From contig NC_042998.1 of NCBI RefSeq assembly GCF_006345805.1, positions 99,200,001 to 99,264,000 of the forward strand: a DNA stretch of 64,000 bases, read 5' to 3'. The position numbers were made by a program, and so were the translations under genes. How positions within the stretch are numbered: position 1 is the stretch's first letter; each line of letters opens with the position of its first letter. This DNA comes from Octopus sinensis. Its lineage: Eukaryota. Positions 39,761-53,500 of this stretch are shown one piece after another. Under the pieces are notes generated by a model. That model did not search any database and was not told the origin of the DNA. It saw only the letters and a program-made list of their open reading frames with translations.

Positions 39761-42224
39761 CTTACATACATGTGTGTATTGTGTATATAACTGTTGTGCT
39801 ACTGGAATCTTCCCAGAATATTCAGTTCACTAACATAAAATGTATTATTCCACTGACTTCCACATTACAGTAAGATTTTTAGGACTATAACAGTTTCATA
39901 AATGCTGAAGATGCTTCTTAATATAAATAGTGAGAGCGTGTTGTGGTCTTCCAACCTGCCTAGGAGGACAGTACCCTCAAATGCATGCTGGCTCTAATTG
40001 TGATGATTCACCCAACACCTGTCAGTAAGGAAAGGTCATACTGTAAGGTTGCCTTTGTACCTCATCAAAAAAGCAAATTTTTTAATTAGTGGTAGACAAT
40101 GCCTTGGGCCATTTAGAGAAAAGAAATGTTTATGAAATTTACATCTCTTCTAACTGGTTTATATTATAAAACAAAAAAAGAAAAAAGAATTAATGCTTTG
40201 CTACCATTCAGAATGAAACTAGAAGAGGACCTTATGAAACAGTGATAAGAAAATAACTAGTTAGATATATATTTTTTTTTTTTTTGTTTACATATGTTCC
40301 CTGATATTGATGAAAGATGAAATTATTTATTAATTTGGCAATCAGTATGAAAGCTATTAAAAGATTTTGTGTTGGAACGCCAGCTTTAGCCAGATATTAG
40401 AAGCAGATATGTTTCTACCTCCAAGCCATGTCCTATACCCTTTGTCTCATCCCATTGTAACCATTGCTACCACAACAGGCACTATTATGAAATTTGTTGA
40501 CTGTTTATTACTCCATCCTTTTAAAATTATTAGCTAATAACTCTCATATGGAGAATATAACACTTTTCCCAACCCTTTTCCTTCAAAATTACTTCCCAGA
40601 ATTCCCTTTCTGCTCATGTCCCCTTATCATAAAACTAAGCTGGACATTAACAGCATTAACATAATTTTTGCAGGAACAAAAATATAATATTCCTTGTCTA
40701 TAAGGTGTTGAAAAAGCTATGGGTGTCATCTGCCATCTTCGCTTGTCCAATAAATTAGATCATATAACTCTGTATCATTCAATTCTGGTTAAACTTTAAA
40801 CTTCTGCATTCAGATCTAATGTTGGGATGGGGGTGGGTCCTTCATTCAGGATTCTCTTTTTTTCCTTTTTTTTACTATGGAACTTTGTACTCATTTTCCA
40901 AAAACTGTCAGACCCATGTCAATATTTTAACCACTGCTGAGGGAACATCTCAATGGTTACTGAATTTGCTAGAAGTAGCAGTCAAACCTTCCTCAAAATA
41001 CACCTAAATCTCTTTAAAAAATAGTCATCCTAAATATACCTTATCAAAGTAAAACGACGAAGTGGTCATGCTGGAAAGCTTTTAATTGTAGATTGTCTCA
41101 AAAATGGCTGATCTGGGTTTAAACAATAACAACACAGAAGTTGGCTAGAAAATGATCGTGTATGACCATTTAAGTATAAGAGCCTGATCACTGATCTGCA
41201 TTCAACTACCTCCATTATAACATTTTAGTCCACTTCAACAGCTATAAAAGACAAATGAATACCAGTGGAAAGCTTCAGTTTACAATGTGACATGTAGTGA
41301 CACGTATAATTATATCTGTACAAGTTCCGTTTCCTGCAATAACTGGAAGTGGGTCAGGGGAAATCTTTAATGAACACCCCTCATATGAATACATACATGT
41401 ATGTACATGGCAGGTTTCTTCCAGTTTCCCTCTTTCAAATCCACTCATAACGCTTTTTTCAGCCTATGACTGTTGTAGAAGACACTTGCCCTAAGTGCCA
41501 CATAGTGGGATTGAATCCCTGACCACGTGGTTAGGAAATAAGTTCCTTAACCATACAGCTACACTTGTGTCTATGATATAGTAAACTGGGATTAAATGAA
41601 ATAAAGGGAAATATTCCCCACCAGGTAAAGAAATAGAAATACTGGGACTTAGTCAATGAGGCCTTTGTGAAGGGCTGGCATGCAGCCTCATTTCCCATTG
41701 AAGTTGACTGCTGCAGCTTTCCATCTGGATCAGTGCATTATTTCCAGCAGAAGATAGGTCTGGAACCCAGACAACTGAAGAAAGACATGAAGAAAATTGG
41801 CACAGTAGCTGAAACTAGCTATAGATGGTTATGGTTGATAAGATACTGCACTGGAACCCTTCTATAGGTGAAGACTAGCTCAGTCCTTGCTGTCCTACTC
41901 AGGTAAAGCATACAGGATAAAGGGGTGAGACACTTGTGACCTTGAGATACCTGCTGGTGATACAGAAAGGTTTCCAGTATTGCACTGAATTTAAAAGAGC
42001 TTGCAAAACCACTTGAGTAGCTCCTGAAGTTTCAGTGTGGGATAAAGCACCTCTAATGTATATTTCACCTTATTATGTTCAGTTAATATACCCTCAACTG
42101 TAAAAATGTCGAAAATGTTTTGTTTATTTAGTAAAGCACTCAATGCTATTAACTGAAATAGATATAATTGAGAAAATACTTAACATCACAGTTTAAATGT
42201 GACTATGAACAACTTATATTCTTT

Positions 42225-42435
42225 TCTACTCTAGGCACAAGGCCTGAAATTTTGGGAGAGTGGGGAGGCGATTAGATCAACCTCAGTATGCAACAGGTAC
42301 TTAATTTATTGACTTTGAAAGGATGAAAAGCAAAGTCAACCTTGACGGAATTTGAACTTAGAATGTAAAGACAGACGAAATACTGCTAAGCATTTCACCC
42401 GGCATGCTAATGATTCTGCCTGCTTGCCACCTTAT
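42225..42435 (-). mobile_element. SINE, GCCTTTCATCCTTT-core family
   Basis: Reverse complement of the copies at 51940-52390. Confidence 0.8.
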
Positions 42436-42639
42436 GAACAGCTTATATTGAATAGAGTTAGTAACTATACATGTATTGTTGTGTTACAATATTTACAACA
42501 CTGTATACAAGTGAGATCCATCATAATTTGTTTATCTACTTGTTTAGTTAATAAATAGTTAATTAGCATTGTCAATGCTTCCAGGGACTTTGTACTATTT
42601 CACAATAAACATCTACCCCAAGTGATACCTTTCCAGTAA

Positions 42640-43198
42640 GGTGCCAGTGCCACATAAAAAGTACCTGTGGCAGTGGTCTATAAACGCACCCATGCCACCC
42701 AGCACACTCTGTTAGGTGGTTGACACATAAAAAGCACCCACTACACTCTCAGAGTGGTTGGCATTGGGAAAGGTATCCAGCTGTAGAAACCTTGCCAGAT
42801 CAGATTGGAGCCTGGTGCAGCCTACTGGCTTGCCAGTCCTCAGTCAAATTGTCCAACCCATGCCAGCATGGAAAACAGACGTTAAACAATGATGATGAAG
42901 ATGATGTATATATCATCATCATCATCATCATCGTTTAACATCCGCTTTCCATGCTAGCATGGGTTGGACGATTTTGACTGAGTGCTGGCGAACCAGAAGG
43001 CTGTACCAGGCTCCAATCTTGATTTGGCAGAGTTTCTGCAGCTTGATGCCCTTCCTAACGCCAACCACTCCGAGAGTGTAGTGGGTGCTTTTTACGTGCC
43101 ACCGGCACGGGGGCCAGTCAGGCGGTACTGGCAACAACCTCGCTCGAATCCTTTTACACATGTCCCCAGCACGGTGCCAGTAAGGCGACTTTGGTAAC
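42640..43198. mobile_element. Two RTE LINE 3' ends tail-to-tail (+ 42640-42905; - 42912-43198)
   Basis: GACGTTAAACAATGATGAT is followed within a few bases by CATCATCGTTTAACATCCGCTTTCCATGCTAGCATGGGTTGG. Confidence 0.85.
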
Positions 43199-43348
43199 AA
43201 TATATATATATATATATATATAGATAGATAGATAGATAGGTATGTATGTGTATATATACATCTACATGCACACGCATGCACATAGTCGAACTGTCCAACC
43301 CGTGCTAGCATGGAAAACAGACGTTAAAGAATGATGATGATGATGATG

Positions 43349-43760
<412 letters not shown>

Positions 43761-44332
43761 CATATTATTTCCCTATGATGTTTCTGTTCAATTCTCTGTT
43801 GACTCATCTCAGATAAAGACTTGCCTCATTTGTCTTCACTTGTTTCCAACAGTTGCTGCTACTGCTGTTGCTCCTACTGTTGGATGAAACAGTTGGTAGT
43901 TGTTTTTCACCATTCCGCTATCACCATGTGCTTACTACATATATAAAATACAATTTTAGAATATTTTATTTAATTTTCAAATAACTACATGTCATTGAAA
44001 AAAATAAATCAACATTTTATCAAGTGTATTTAATTTATTTTATTTTGTTTTTTGTTTATTCCCTATGAAAATTACTTTTGATTTAGCATATAAGCTAAAA
44101 GAAAGAGTCTTGTTTATAAGTCTTTTCTTACATTTTGAACAAATTCTTTCTGTATCCAACATCCTTGTTGTGTTCTGCTGTATAAGAATGAGTTTTATAT
44201 GACTTCTGCCCACGACTTCATCTTATATCTAGTTTTGAAGTTCAGCACAAGCCACAAATAAATATACACCCACTGTTTCTTTTCTGGTTATTTTTCACTA
44301 TTCATCTTTTTACATCAAACAACATCACATTG

Positions 44333-44400
<68 letters not shown>

Positions 44401-44481
44401 TCACTATATATGTGTGTGTGTATGTGTATATATATATGTATGTATGTATATATATATATATATATATGTAACTTCACTTTG

Positions 44482-44524
<43 letters not shown>

Positions 44525-44526
<2 letters not shown>

Positions 44527-44812
44527 GAGGCGCAATGGCCCAGTGGTCAGGGCCATGGACTCGCGGTCGTAGGATCGTGGTTTCGACTCCCAGGCCGGGC
44601 GTTGTGAGTGTTTATTGAGCGAAAACACCTAAAAAAGCTCCACGAGGCTCCAGCAGGGGGTGGTGATCCCTGCTGTACTCTTTCACCACTCTTTCTTCTG
44701 TTTGGCCTGCTCGCTTAGCCAGCGGGGTAGCGTCATTCGAAGGCTAAAACAATGCGAACGCATTGTGACCAGCGATGTGTAACAACATCTGATGGTCTGG
44801 TCGGTCACGTGA
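44525..44812 (+). mobile_element. Young tRNA-derived SINE between (TG)n and (TA)n
   Basis: TGGCCCAGTGGTCAGGG A box, TTCGACTCC B box, CpG-rich. GAGCGAAAACACCTAA..GCTCCACG core shared with 20219-20490. Confidence 0.88.
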
Positions 44813-44837
44813 TATATATATATATATATATATCTTT

Positions 44838-45055
44838 TGCCTTTTATCTTTCAGTCATTTGAGTGTAGTCATGCTGGGGCACCATCTCGGAGTGTTTTAG
44901 TTGAACAAATCAACATCAGCACTTTACTTTTCAAACCCTACTACTTATTCCATCAGTTTCTTTTGCTGAACTGCTAGGTTATGGAGATGTAAACACACCA
45001 ATACCAGTTATCAAGCAGTGGTGGACTACAAACACAAAGACACATACACATAGAT

Positions 45056-45105
<50 letters not shown>

Positions 45106-45640
45106 CATCATCATCATTTAACATCCGTTTTCCATGCTGTCATGGGTTGGATGCTTTAACTGAAAACTGGTAAGCTGGGGAGCTGCACCAAGATTCAATC
45201 TTATTTGGCATAGTTTCTACAGCTGGATGCCCTTCCTAAAGCCAACCACTCCAAGACTGTAGTATGCACTTTTTATGTGCCACCAACATGGGTGTCACTT
45301 ATGAAACACCAGCATCAGCCATGACTACAATTTCACTTGGCTTTACAGGTCTCAAGCATGGTATATTACCAAAGGTCTTGGTCACTTGTCATTGCCTCTG
45401 TGAGGCACAAAATTTGAAGGGTGCTTTTTACATGTCACGGAATGGGTGCCAGATATGTGACACTGGCATTGGCCACACACAACAAATTTCTTTCAGTCTC
45501 TGTCTACCAAATCCACTCACAATGCTTTTGTTGGCCTGGGGCTATAGCTGAAAACATTTGCCGAAGGTGCCGTGCAGTGGAACTGAACCTTGAACCATGT
45601 GGTTGGGAAGCAAGTTTCTTACCATACAGCCATGCTTACA
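44838..45640 (-). mobile_element. Family A SINE interrupted by an RTE 3' end (45105-45478)
   Basis: SINE tail 44838-45050, (CAT)n-RTE tail in the middle, SINE head 45485-45640. Confidence 0.8.
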
Positions 45641-46133
45641 CTTATGTATACACATTGCAGGATTAGTTGTTTTTGTTTTTACTTTCCTGGCTTTTGCAGG
45701 GTCTTCTATGCTGGTGATATTGATACCCATTAATATTCTTCTTTGTAAGTCAAAGAAAGACAGGAATAGGGAAGGAATTCCAGAAGACCTGAAGGAAAGA
45801 CCAGTAGAAGAGTTACGGATAAGAGACAGTATGCCTGTGGGTCAGGGGCTGGGATGTGTCTGTGAGTGACTTAGTACCAATCAGGTTACCATGTCAGCTG
45901 TGTGTGTGTATGATATATACAGGGGGAGAATTCACAAAAAAAAAAACAAAAACAAAAGACGAAGACAGGCGGTGTAGACAACAAACAGATGTATTAGTTT
46001 AATGCTCAGGAAGTGGAAAAAGTCTTTAATGTTTCGAGCCTATTATAATATATATATTCTATTAGAGCTGAAAAACTTCACAAACAGTTAATCAGTTTCA
46101 CAAAGCTGTTCATCAGATGGTTGTGATAGTACA

Positions 46134-46204
46134 GACATGTTTCGAAGACTGCATACTCTTAATTCCGAAGGAATAAAGGGTGCATTATGCTGTCTTCTCA
46201 TCAG
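46134..46204 (-). ncRNA. Minimal hammerhead-ribozyme-like motif (probably decayed)
   Basis: Minus strand: CTGATGA-GAAGAC..stem II..GTCTTC-GAAAC-AT-GTC. Stem I pairing is not evident. Confidence 0.55.
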
Positions 46205-47109
46205 GAAAGACAAGGAACCTCTATCAGCCTCGTGAATTTGCTACCCAGGTATCGATTAACCGAATTATCAATACTAGGATAATTCATTCACCTAATTAAA
46301 TATATATATATATATATGTATGTATGCATGCATGCATGTATGTATGTATGTATGTAAGTATGTATGTAAGTATGTATGTATGTATGTATGTATGTATATA
46401 TGTATGTACGTATGTATGTATGTATTACTTCTTTCAGTCATTAATGTGCAGCCATGAAGGGTTTAGTTAAACAAGTTGAAGTCAATACTTATTTTCTTAA
46501 AGTCTAATACTTATTTTATCAGTCACATTTGCTGAACTGCTAAGTTATGGCAACATAAACAAACCAATACCACTTGTCAAGTGGTGGAGAAGAAAAACAC
46601 GCACATACATATATGTATGTATGTATGTATATGAATTTGTGTGTCTGTATGTGTGCGCATGCAACAAAATAGTTCTCTATACTGTTAAATTTACTGATGA
46701 TATCTCAAGTTTGTTGGAAGTTGAACCCGCTATCAAACATAGCAATCATTACACTGTATCCTGTGTCTCCTTCTCACTCAACAAGTATTTGAGACATTTA
46801 ATTTCAAATATCTCGCAATGAATGTCCCACACAAGGACATGAGAGAGAGAGAGAGATTAAGAAAGATTCTGTCTGTTAGGAACACTGGAAGTATGAGAGC
46901 TGGGTGAATGATAGGTTATAAGGAGCTTGACTATTGACCTTAAAGTTCAAATTCTTCTGGTATCATATTATTGTTGTTAGCAGTTAGCTCCAAGTCAGCT
47001 CTGATTGGGCAGGCATACCATCAAAGGCATTTCAACCATGAACATCTTTTCTTTTTTATATATCAAGGATTAGATTATCCAATGTGCTTCTTTTATCTTT
47101 TATCTTTAT

Positions 47110-47635
47110 CCTTTATCTTTTATCTTTTTCTTGTCTCATTTATTAAACTGTGGCCATGCTGGGGCACCACCTTAAGAATTTTAGTTGAAGAAATCGACCC
47201 TAATACTATTTTTTTAAAGCCTGGTACTGTTTTTTTTTTACAAAACCACTAAGTTATGGGGTTATAAACACACCAATCCTGGTTGTCAAGCAGTGGTGGG
47301 GGACAAACCTAGACACATACACACACGCACACACATGTAATGGCAATGTAGTTTTAATGCCATGATACAGCAAAATGATTAAGGAACTCTGTTTGACTGA
47401 TTATTAAAACAATCATTTAAGTTGCTTTTAATATTGATTATTATTTTGTTACATTGTTGAAGATAATTATGATACATAGATATATACACGAAAGGCTTCT
47501 TTCAATTTCTGTCTACCAAATCCACTCACAAAGCTTTGGTTAGCCATAGGCTATAGAAGAAGTTGCCACACAGTGGAACTGAACCTGAAACCATATATTG
47601 GGAATCAAACTTTCTATCACACAGTTATGCTTGCA
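47110..47635 (-). mobile_element. Family A SINE (degraded, with insert)
   Basis: Tail at 47110-47320 and head at 47490-47635. Confidence 0.75.
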
Positions 47636-47865
47636 CCACTCGATGTTGACCTCAGTCTTGCTTGTTAAAGGCTTTCTGCTCCTGGAGTCATCTTCCACCT
47701 CCCTGCACCCCTCTTTGAATCTCTTGTGCCACTCAAAAGCATGTGCACGTGACATGGAGTTATTTCCATACATTTGCTGAAGCATTTCAAGTGCTTGTGA
47801 TGGAGTTTTCCCCAACTAGACCAAAAATTTCAAGTCTATTCATTGTTCTGTGTTCATCGTTCATT
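47636..47865 (-). mobile_element. Mariner transposase N-terminal HTH fragment
   Basis: GKTPSQALEMLQQMYGNNSMSRAHAFEWHKRFKEGCREVEDDSRS matches the mariner WxxRFK.G...EDxxRSGRP motif. Confidence 0.9.
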
Positions 47866-50800
47866 CCTCGGTGCTCATAGCTGAATGGCCTGAAAAAGAG
47901 GAGGTGTAAACAAAAGCATGTGAAAAGATATGCAATGGTTGCAGAAAGCTAAGCTTACAGTTATATACTCCCATGATATCATGTTAGATGATAACACAAT
48001 CTGCTTATCCCTCTTTCATCCATAGCTCACACAGCACACCCAGTCTCATTATTTTTCAGACAGAGCTTGCATATACATATACATACATATATATTATGTT
48101 TTCAAAAGTTTTAATTAAACCTTATTGCAAGTTTTATTCACTTGTTATTTACTTCCACTCTAATCTAAGGTAACCACACCAAAAATATTGCCATGCCCTC
48201 ACTATTGGTGAGGGGTGCACCCCACCTCTAGAAACTTTAATCTAGTCACCATGTAGATGCTGCCAAAATTACTGTTGTTATTGTTTATTTCCACATCAGC
48301 TCAATCAGGGCAGATTGAGCTGATCCATGATCAAAGGCATTCCAGTCATGACTATCCCATTTTTTTTCAGAATTTAAGTATTTAGAACTACTACAAAATG
48401 TCCTTCCACTTTTTAAAAAATCAAATTGAAGTCACATTAGGGAGGTTTGGCTATTATATCTAGCAGAAAGAGTAGTTATATAAAAGTTTTAGCATAGGTT
48501 CATGAAGGATTTCGGTTTTGTTTTTGAAGAAGAGACCAGGATGACCTGTGATATGTAATTCTCTGGAAGACCCTGCCTACCCATTCTGTGAAACTAAGTT
48601 CTAGAAGTGATGTGTGTATGTATATAGCTACACAACTGTGCTCTGTAGCCTTTGCCCAATTTCTTCCCAAAACAACCCCACCACCTTTCGTCTCTTTAAC
48701 TGCATTTTTTCCTTGACAGTATTAATCTTTCTGACTACCCAGAACCTTTTCACTTGATACACATACCTCCTCCTTAATACTGTCCTCTCCACTTAAACTT
48801 TACATTGAGCCCTGCACTTGAGTCACCAAATCAGTACACCTTTTCCACCACCATACTCTCCATGCACTACACCAGCCTCTCTCCATGCACTACACCAGCC
48901 TTTCTGTCCTTTCACACTCTCATAACCCAACCCAACTACTTATCATCTCTTTTTTCAATCCTTTGTATTATAAGCTATTATCTATAGCTGGGTTGGTATT
49001 TCAAATAACTCATGTAAAGATGACTTATCTCAATATATTTTTCTCACGGCTTGTATACTTACATTCTAGAAAAAATAAATTACATAAAAAGAGACCCTTT
49101 TTTTAAGGATTCATGACCAATGGCTCTTTGGCAGCATTATAATACTAGTATCTGTTTATTGTTATTGTTTAATTTTTGGTCACTCCTATAACCATAAACA
49201 TTCTGACTGTGATAAACTGTTTTCTTCTTTTGTTTTTGAGAGATTACATTGCCCATTGTATTCTTCTTATTTAAGATTGTGGTGTGATTTGAGGGAGATT
49301 TGGTCGCTATTTCTAGTAGGCCAGGGAGTGACTGCATAGAGGTTCATTAGTTAGAACTACTGGTATCCACTTTATTCATAAAATATCTCAGTATAATTTG
49401 ATCTCAAATCCATAAAGACAGTAATTTATGTAGTACAAAAATTTCAGTTTAGCTCACCATTATCCTGAATATAATCTTGATTCTAAAATAGAAAATAATC
49501 TATTTTCCTATTGTTGTCATTATGGTCATTGCTATAGCCATTGTTTTCGTCATCATTGTTGAGCTGTGGCAATGTCATTTATTTCAGTTTAACAAATCAA
49601 ATGTCAAGAGAACAGGCTTAATATATTGAATTTCTGATAATTCACAGATTCAAAATATTAGAATGGTCCACCTTCAAAATGAAAGCTGAGAGAATTTTAA
49701 GTCTGAATCAATCATTTCCTCATGACTCTTTTGTTTAACAATAGTAAAGTTAACGTTAACATATATTTAATACAATGAGCATTTTAAGTTATACTGCATC
49801 CAGTAGTGGAGCCTTCGTTTGGGAGTTATAAGGTTTTTGAGGGATGTGGAATCACTTCTTAGTCACTGTTGTTCCAGGTCTGTTCTGACACAGAGTAGTA
49901 GCACCTGTAAGAGTCACAGACAGGGGTCAAATAACATATTAGGGCTTGCCTACATATACATATAATGACTGGATCAGGTGAACTCTGCAGAAGAACCCTT
50001 CATGGTTTGACAGCAATGCATTGCGGAAGGCAGCAATCATTTTGACCTGGTCTTTCCACTGGATTGAAGATGGTCACAACAAGAACGAGGTTGATGGTGC
50101 ACAACTCTTTTTCACCTTTAAACAAAGTTACCACACAAGTCATCAGTCACCCAAAGGATAACCAGAGGTCCTTGTCACCCCAATGGACAAAAATGAAAAT
50201 GAGCATTAAGTTCAATAGGACCACCATTAGTCAGAACTGACCATATATCTGCACATAGGTGTGCCAGCTTGGGCATGGAATTTTTCAGGAAGATTAGCAG
50301 TTGCCCATGCATGTAAGTCTTCTCTTTCTTTGATACCAATGTTTATCTAAGAAAAAAGCTACTTACTCGGGCCTATACAGCTTGGAACCAGTGTCAATAC
50401 AGGAATTACTCTTTCTGTCAGAAGACCAAAAGCTGGAACAGATACTGTAAGGCATCTAACTCTATCCACTGCCCTGGTTTGGCATTTATTTATTGATCCC
50501 TAAAGTATGAATTGCAGAGTTGATCTTGGCAGCATTTAAACTCAAAATGCAGAGAATTTGAACAAATAGCAAGAGGCATTCTATCCTACACTCATGCTCT
50601 GTTAATTCATTGCCTTGCTTCATTAAGTAACTAATTAGAAATAATCATGCAATGAGAAGAGACAGTATTTGATTAAACATATATTGGCCAGTGACTAATA
50701 TTGATTAATTAAATCAGTAAGTATGAGAGACAACTCTGTGTATGTTTCAGTCATATTAAACCTCCTCAGCAAAGTATGGATTTCTCAGTACTTACTAAAA

Positions 50801-51939
50801 TATTGATAAGAGAATAACTAAGTAAACATTGTACTCTAGTTGATTTGGAAAAGTACTATACTTTTAAGAATAAATTACTCAGAATTACCATTACCATCTG
50901 CACAAAAATAACAGTTGAGTTCATAACATATTGAGTGTAGTGAGCTAATGAAAAATAATTATGCTGTGAAAAAAAGGCAATATTAGTCAATGATGGATAT
51001 TGGTTTTACTAATTTGGTAACTATGGGAGATAACTCTGGATATGTTTTTCTCATATTACGACCTTATTAGAAAAGCATAAATTTTACTATACATGACAAA
51101 GTAGCCTTAAGAGAATTACAAATTAAATCTACCATATTGTACACTAGTTGGCTTGGTCTTGACTAATAATTCATAACTGAGTCATCATGCCACTCCCTTT
51201 GCATTGATGATTCAAATTCTTGGCTGAGATAAATTATTGGAGAATGAACCAGATTTGTCATACAGATAATTCAAAAATAGAATTTAAATCAATGCAATGA
51301 TTAACTTTATAACATGCATTATATATAGTGTTGAAATATTATATAGTTTAGCTGAACTCTTTAACCATGAACGTTTCAAGTATTTTGCTTAAAAGTGAAA
51401 CACTTGTAACCCTGAGATATCAGCTGATGATAAAATTACTTTGACGTTTTAGTCATCAAGAGAAAGAACTGCTCCTGCAGTTTCTACTTGAACAAAGCAA
51501 CTGTGATGTTTATTTCACCTCAAACTGTTTTGGACTTTTTTTTTAAAATTTTTTGTATTGTAGTTGAGATTTAACCTTTTATTTATTCTGGCAGGTGAAG
51601 ACATCAGAGTTCTAGTTGTTGGTGGTTGCTCTGACTGAGCAGATATTTGATCAAAGGTGTTTCAGATATGACAAATGCCTCTTCTATTTTCTACAGACAT
51701 AGTATATATTTAAGATTCCAATAACCAATGTGTCTATTCTTTTAAGAAAGTAAAGACATGATTCTAAATCTTTTTGACTTAGTGATGCTCTGAAAACCAA
51801 GTGAAAAATCAGTAGTGTCATGCTGTATGTTGCATGAAAAATCCAAACAAAAATCGTTTTAAAGTTTAAAATTTATTTTAAATATTCAGAAAACTATTGC
51901 TTATCTATCTTGATTTGATTATTTATAATGCTGGTAAAT

Positions 51940-52760
51940 AAGGCGATTAACTGGCAGAATCGTCAGCACACCAGGTGAAATGCTTAGCAGTATTTCATCT
52001 GTTTTTACGTTCTGAGTTCAAATTCCGCTGAGGTTGAATTTGCCTTTCATCCTTTCAGGATCAATAAGTTAAGTACCAGTGAAAGATTGGAGTTGATATA
52101 ATTAACTAGTCCCCTCCCCCCAAATTTTAGGCCTTGTACCTTTAGCAGAAAGGATTATTTATATGTATAAAGGCAGTGAGCTGGCAGAATATTTTGTACA
52201 CTGGGCATAACTCTTAACAGCATTTCATCTGTTTTTACTTTCTGAGATCATCATCTACTGAGGCTGAGTTTGCCTTTCATCCTTCTGAGGCTGTTAAAAT
52301 AAATACCAGTTGGACACTGGAGGTCAATGTAATTGACTATCCCCCATCCCAAAATTTCAGGCCTTGAGCCTATAGTAGAAAGGATTGTTTAAATATACAG
52401 ATAAGGAAATAATATATTCTCAAACATAGAATAATGTTGACAGAAAAGCAGGAACAAGATAAAATATCTATATTTTGCAGAAAAATTTGTCAGCTGCCAG
52501 CCATGAGACTCAGACTCACATCCCTGTGATATTTAAATGTATGTATGAGGGTGACAAGCTGACAGAATCATTAGAGCAACAAACAAAATGTTTAGCTCTA
52601 TTTCTTCCAATTCATTGCATTCAGAGTTCAAATTTTGTCACGGTTGACTTTGCTTTTAATCCTTTCAGGGTCGATAAAGTAAGTACCAGTTGAACACTAG
52701 GGTCAATGTGACCACCTACCCCCTCCCCTAAAGTTACTGGCCTTGTACAAAAATTTTAAA
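51940..52760 (+). mobile_element. Three clustered SINE copies (51940-52160, 52170-52390, 52545-52760)
   Basis: Each has CTGGCAGAATC-like head, GTTCAAATT, TTTGCCTTTCATCCTT, AAGTACCAGT and GGCCTTG segments. Confidence 0.85.
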
Positions 52761-52861
52761 CTGTTGTTTATAGCTATATGTAACAAAATTATGAATGATA
52801 TGTTTTTCAAGCATTCTTGTTTTCTAAAGTCTTGAATTATATTTTGTTTGGTCACTTATAG

Positions 52862-53045
52862 AAAACCCTCTTTGCTGACCGAAGCCATCCAAGTAAGAAG
52901 AAAGATCGTCCAAACAATCAAGCTAACGTCATTGCTCTTCATAGCAATGGCGTAAATACAGATGAACGTCGACGCCCAAATGTTAATGTAGACTGCCATG
53001 AAGCAGGCACTGGTTACACACCTCTAATACTTGCTGTTCTCAATC
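52862..53045 (+). CDS. Coding exon 2 of the same ankyrin-repeat protein (KTLFADRSHPSKKKDRPNNQANVIALHSNGVNTDERRRPNVNVDCHEAGTGYTPLILAVLN)
   Basis: T-rich tract and TAG acceptor (AG at 52860-52861), 184 nt open in phase 0 matching exon 1, GTAAGT donor at 53046. Contains the ankyrin motif GYTPLxxA and aligns by eye with ANKS1A [22 protein letters not shown]. ANKS1 versus caskin versus another paralogue is unresolved. Confidence 0.88.
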
Positions 53046-53126
53046 GTAAGTAGATATATGAATTATGATTTTTATATTGCTGCCATAGTTTAATTGTTCC
53101 AGAGTTTCTTGCTGTCAATTGATAGA

Positions 53127-53500
53127 CACAGGCATGGTTTTGTGATTAAGAAGTTTGCTTTACAACCACATGGGTTTGAGGTTTAGTCCCACTGTGGGAT
53201 CCCTTGGGCAAGTGCCTTTTACTATAGCTCTAAAGCCAATGCTTTGTGAGTAAATTTGATAGATGCTGTGTGGAAGCCTGTCATGTGTGTGTGTGTATGC
53301 TTCTTTGTTCCTCCCTCTACCACTTAACAACTAGTGTTGGTTTGTTTACATCCTTTTAACTTCACAGTTTAGCAATGCAAACCAATAAAATAAATATCAG
53401 ATGTAAAATATAAGTACTGGAGTCAATTTGTTTGACTAAATCCCTTTAAGGTGGTACCCCTGCATGGCTGCAGTCCAATGAGTGAAATAAGTAAAAGATA
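53127..53500 (+). mobile_element. Family A SINE
   Basis: Head and tail similarity to 12788-13251. Confidence 0.8.

Noticed and set aside
44525-44600. tRNA gene (also 21760-21835 and similar heads)
   Set aside because: A/B boxes are present but there is no complete cloverleaf, and the sequence continues into a SINE body.
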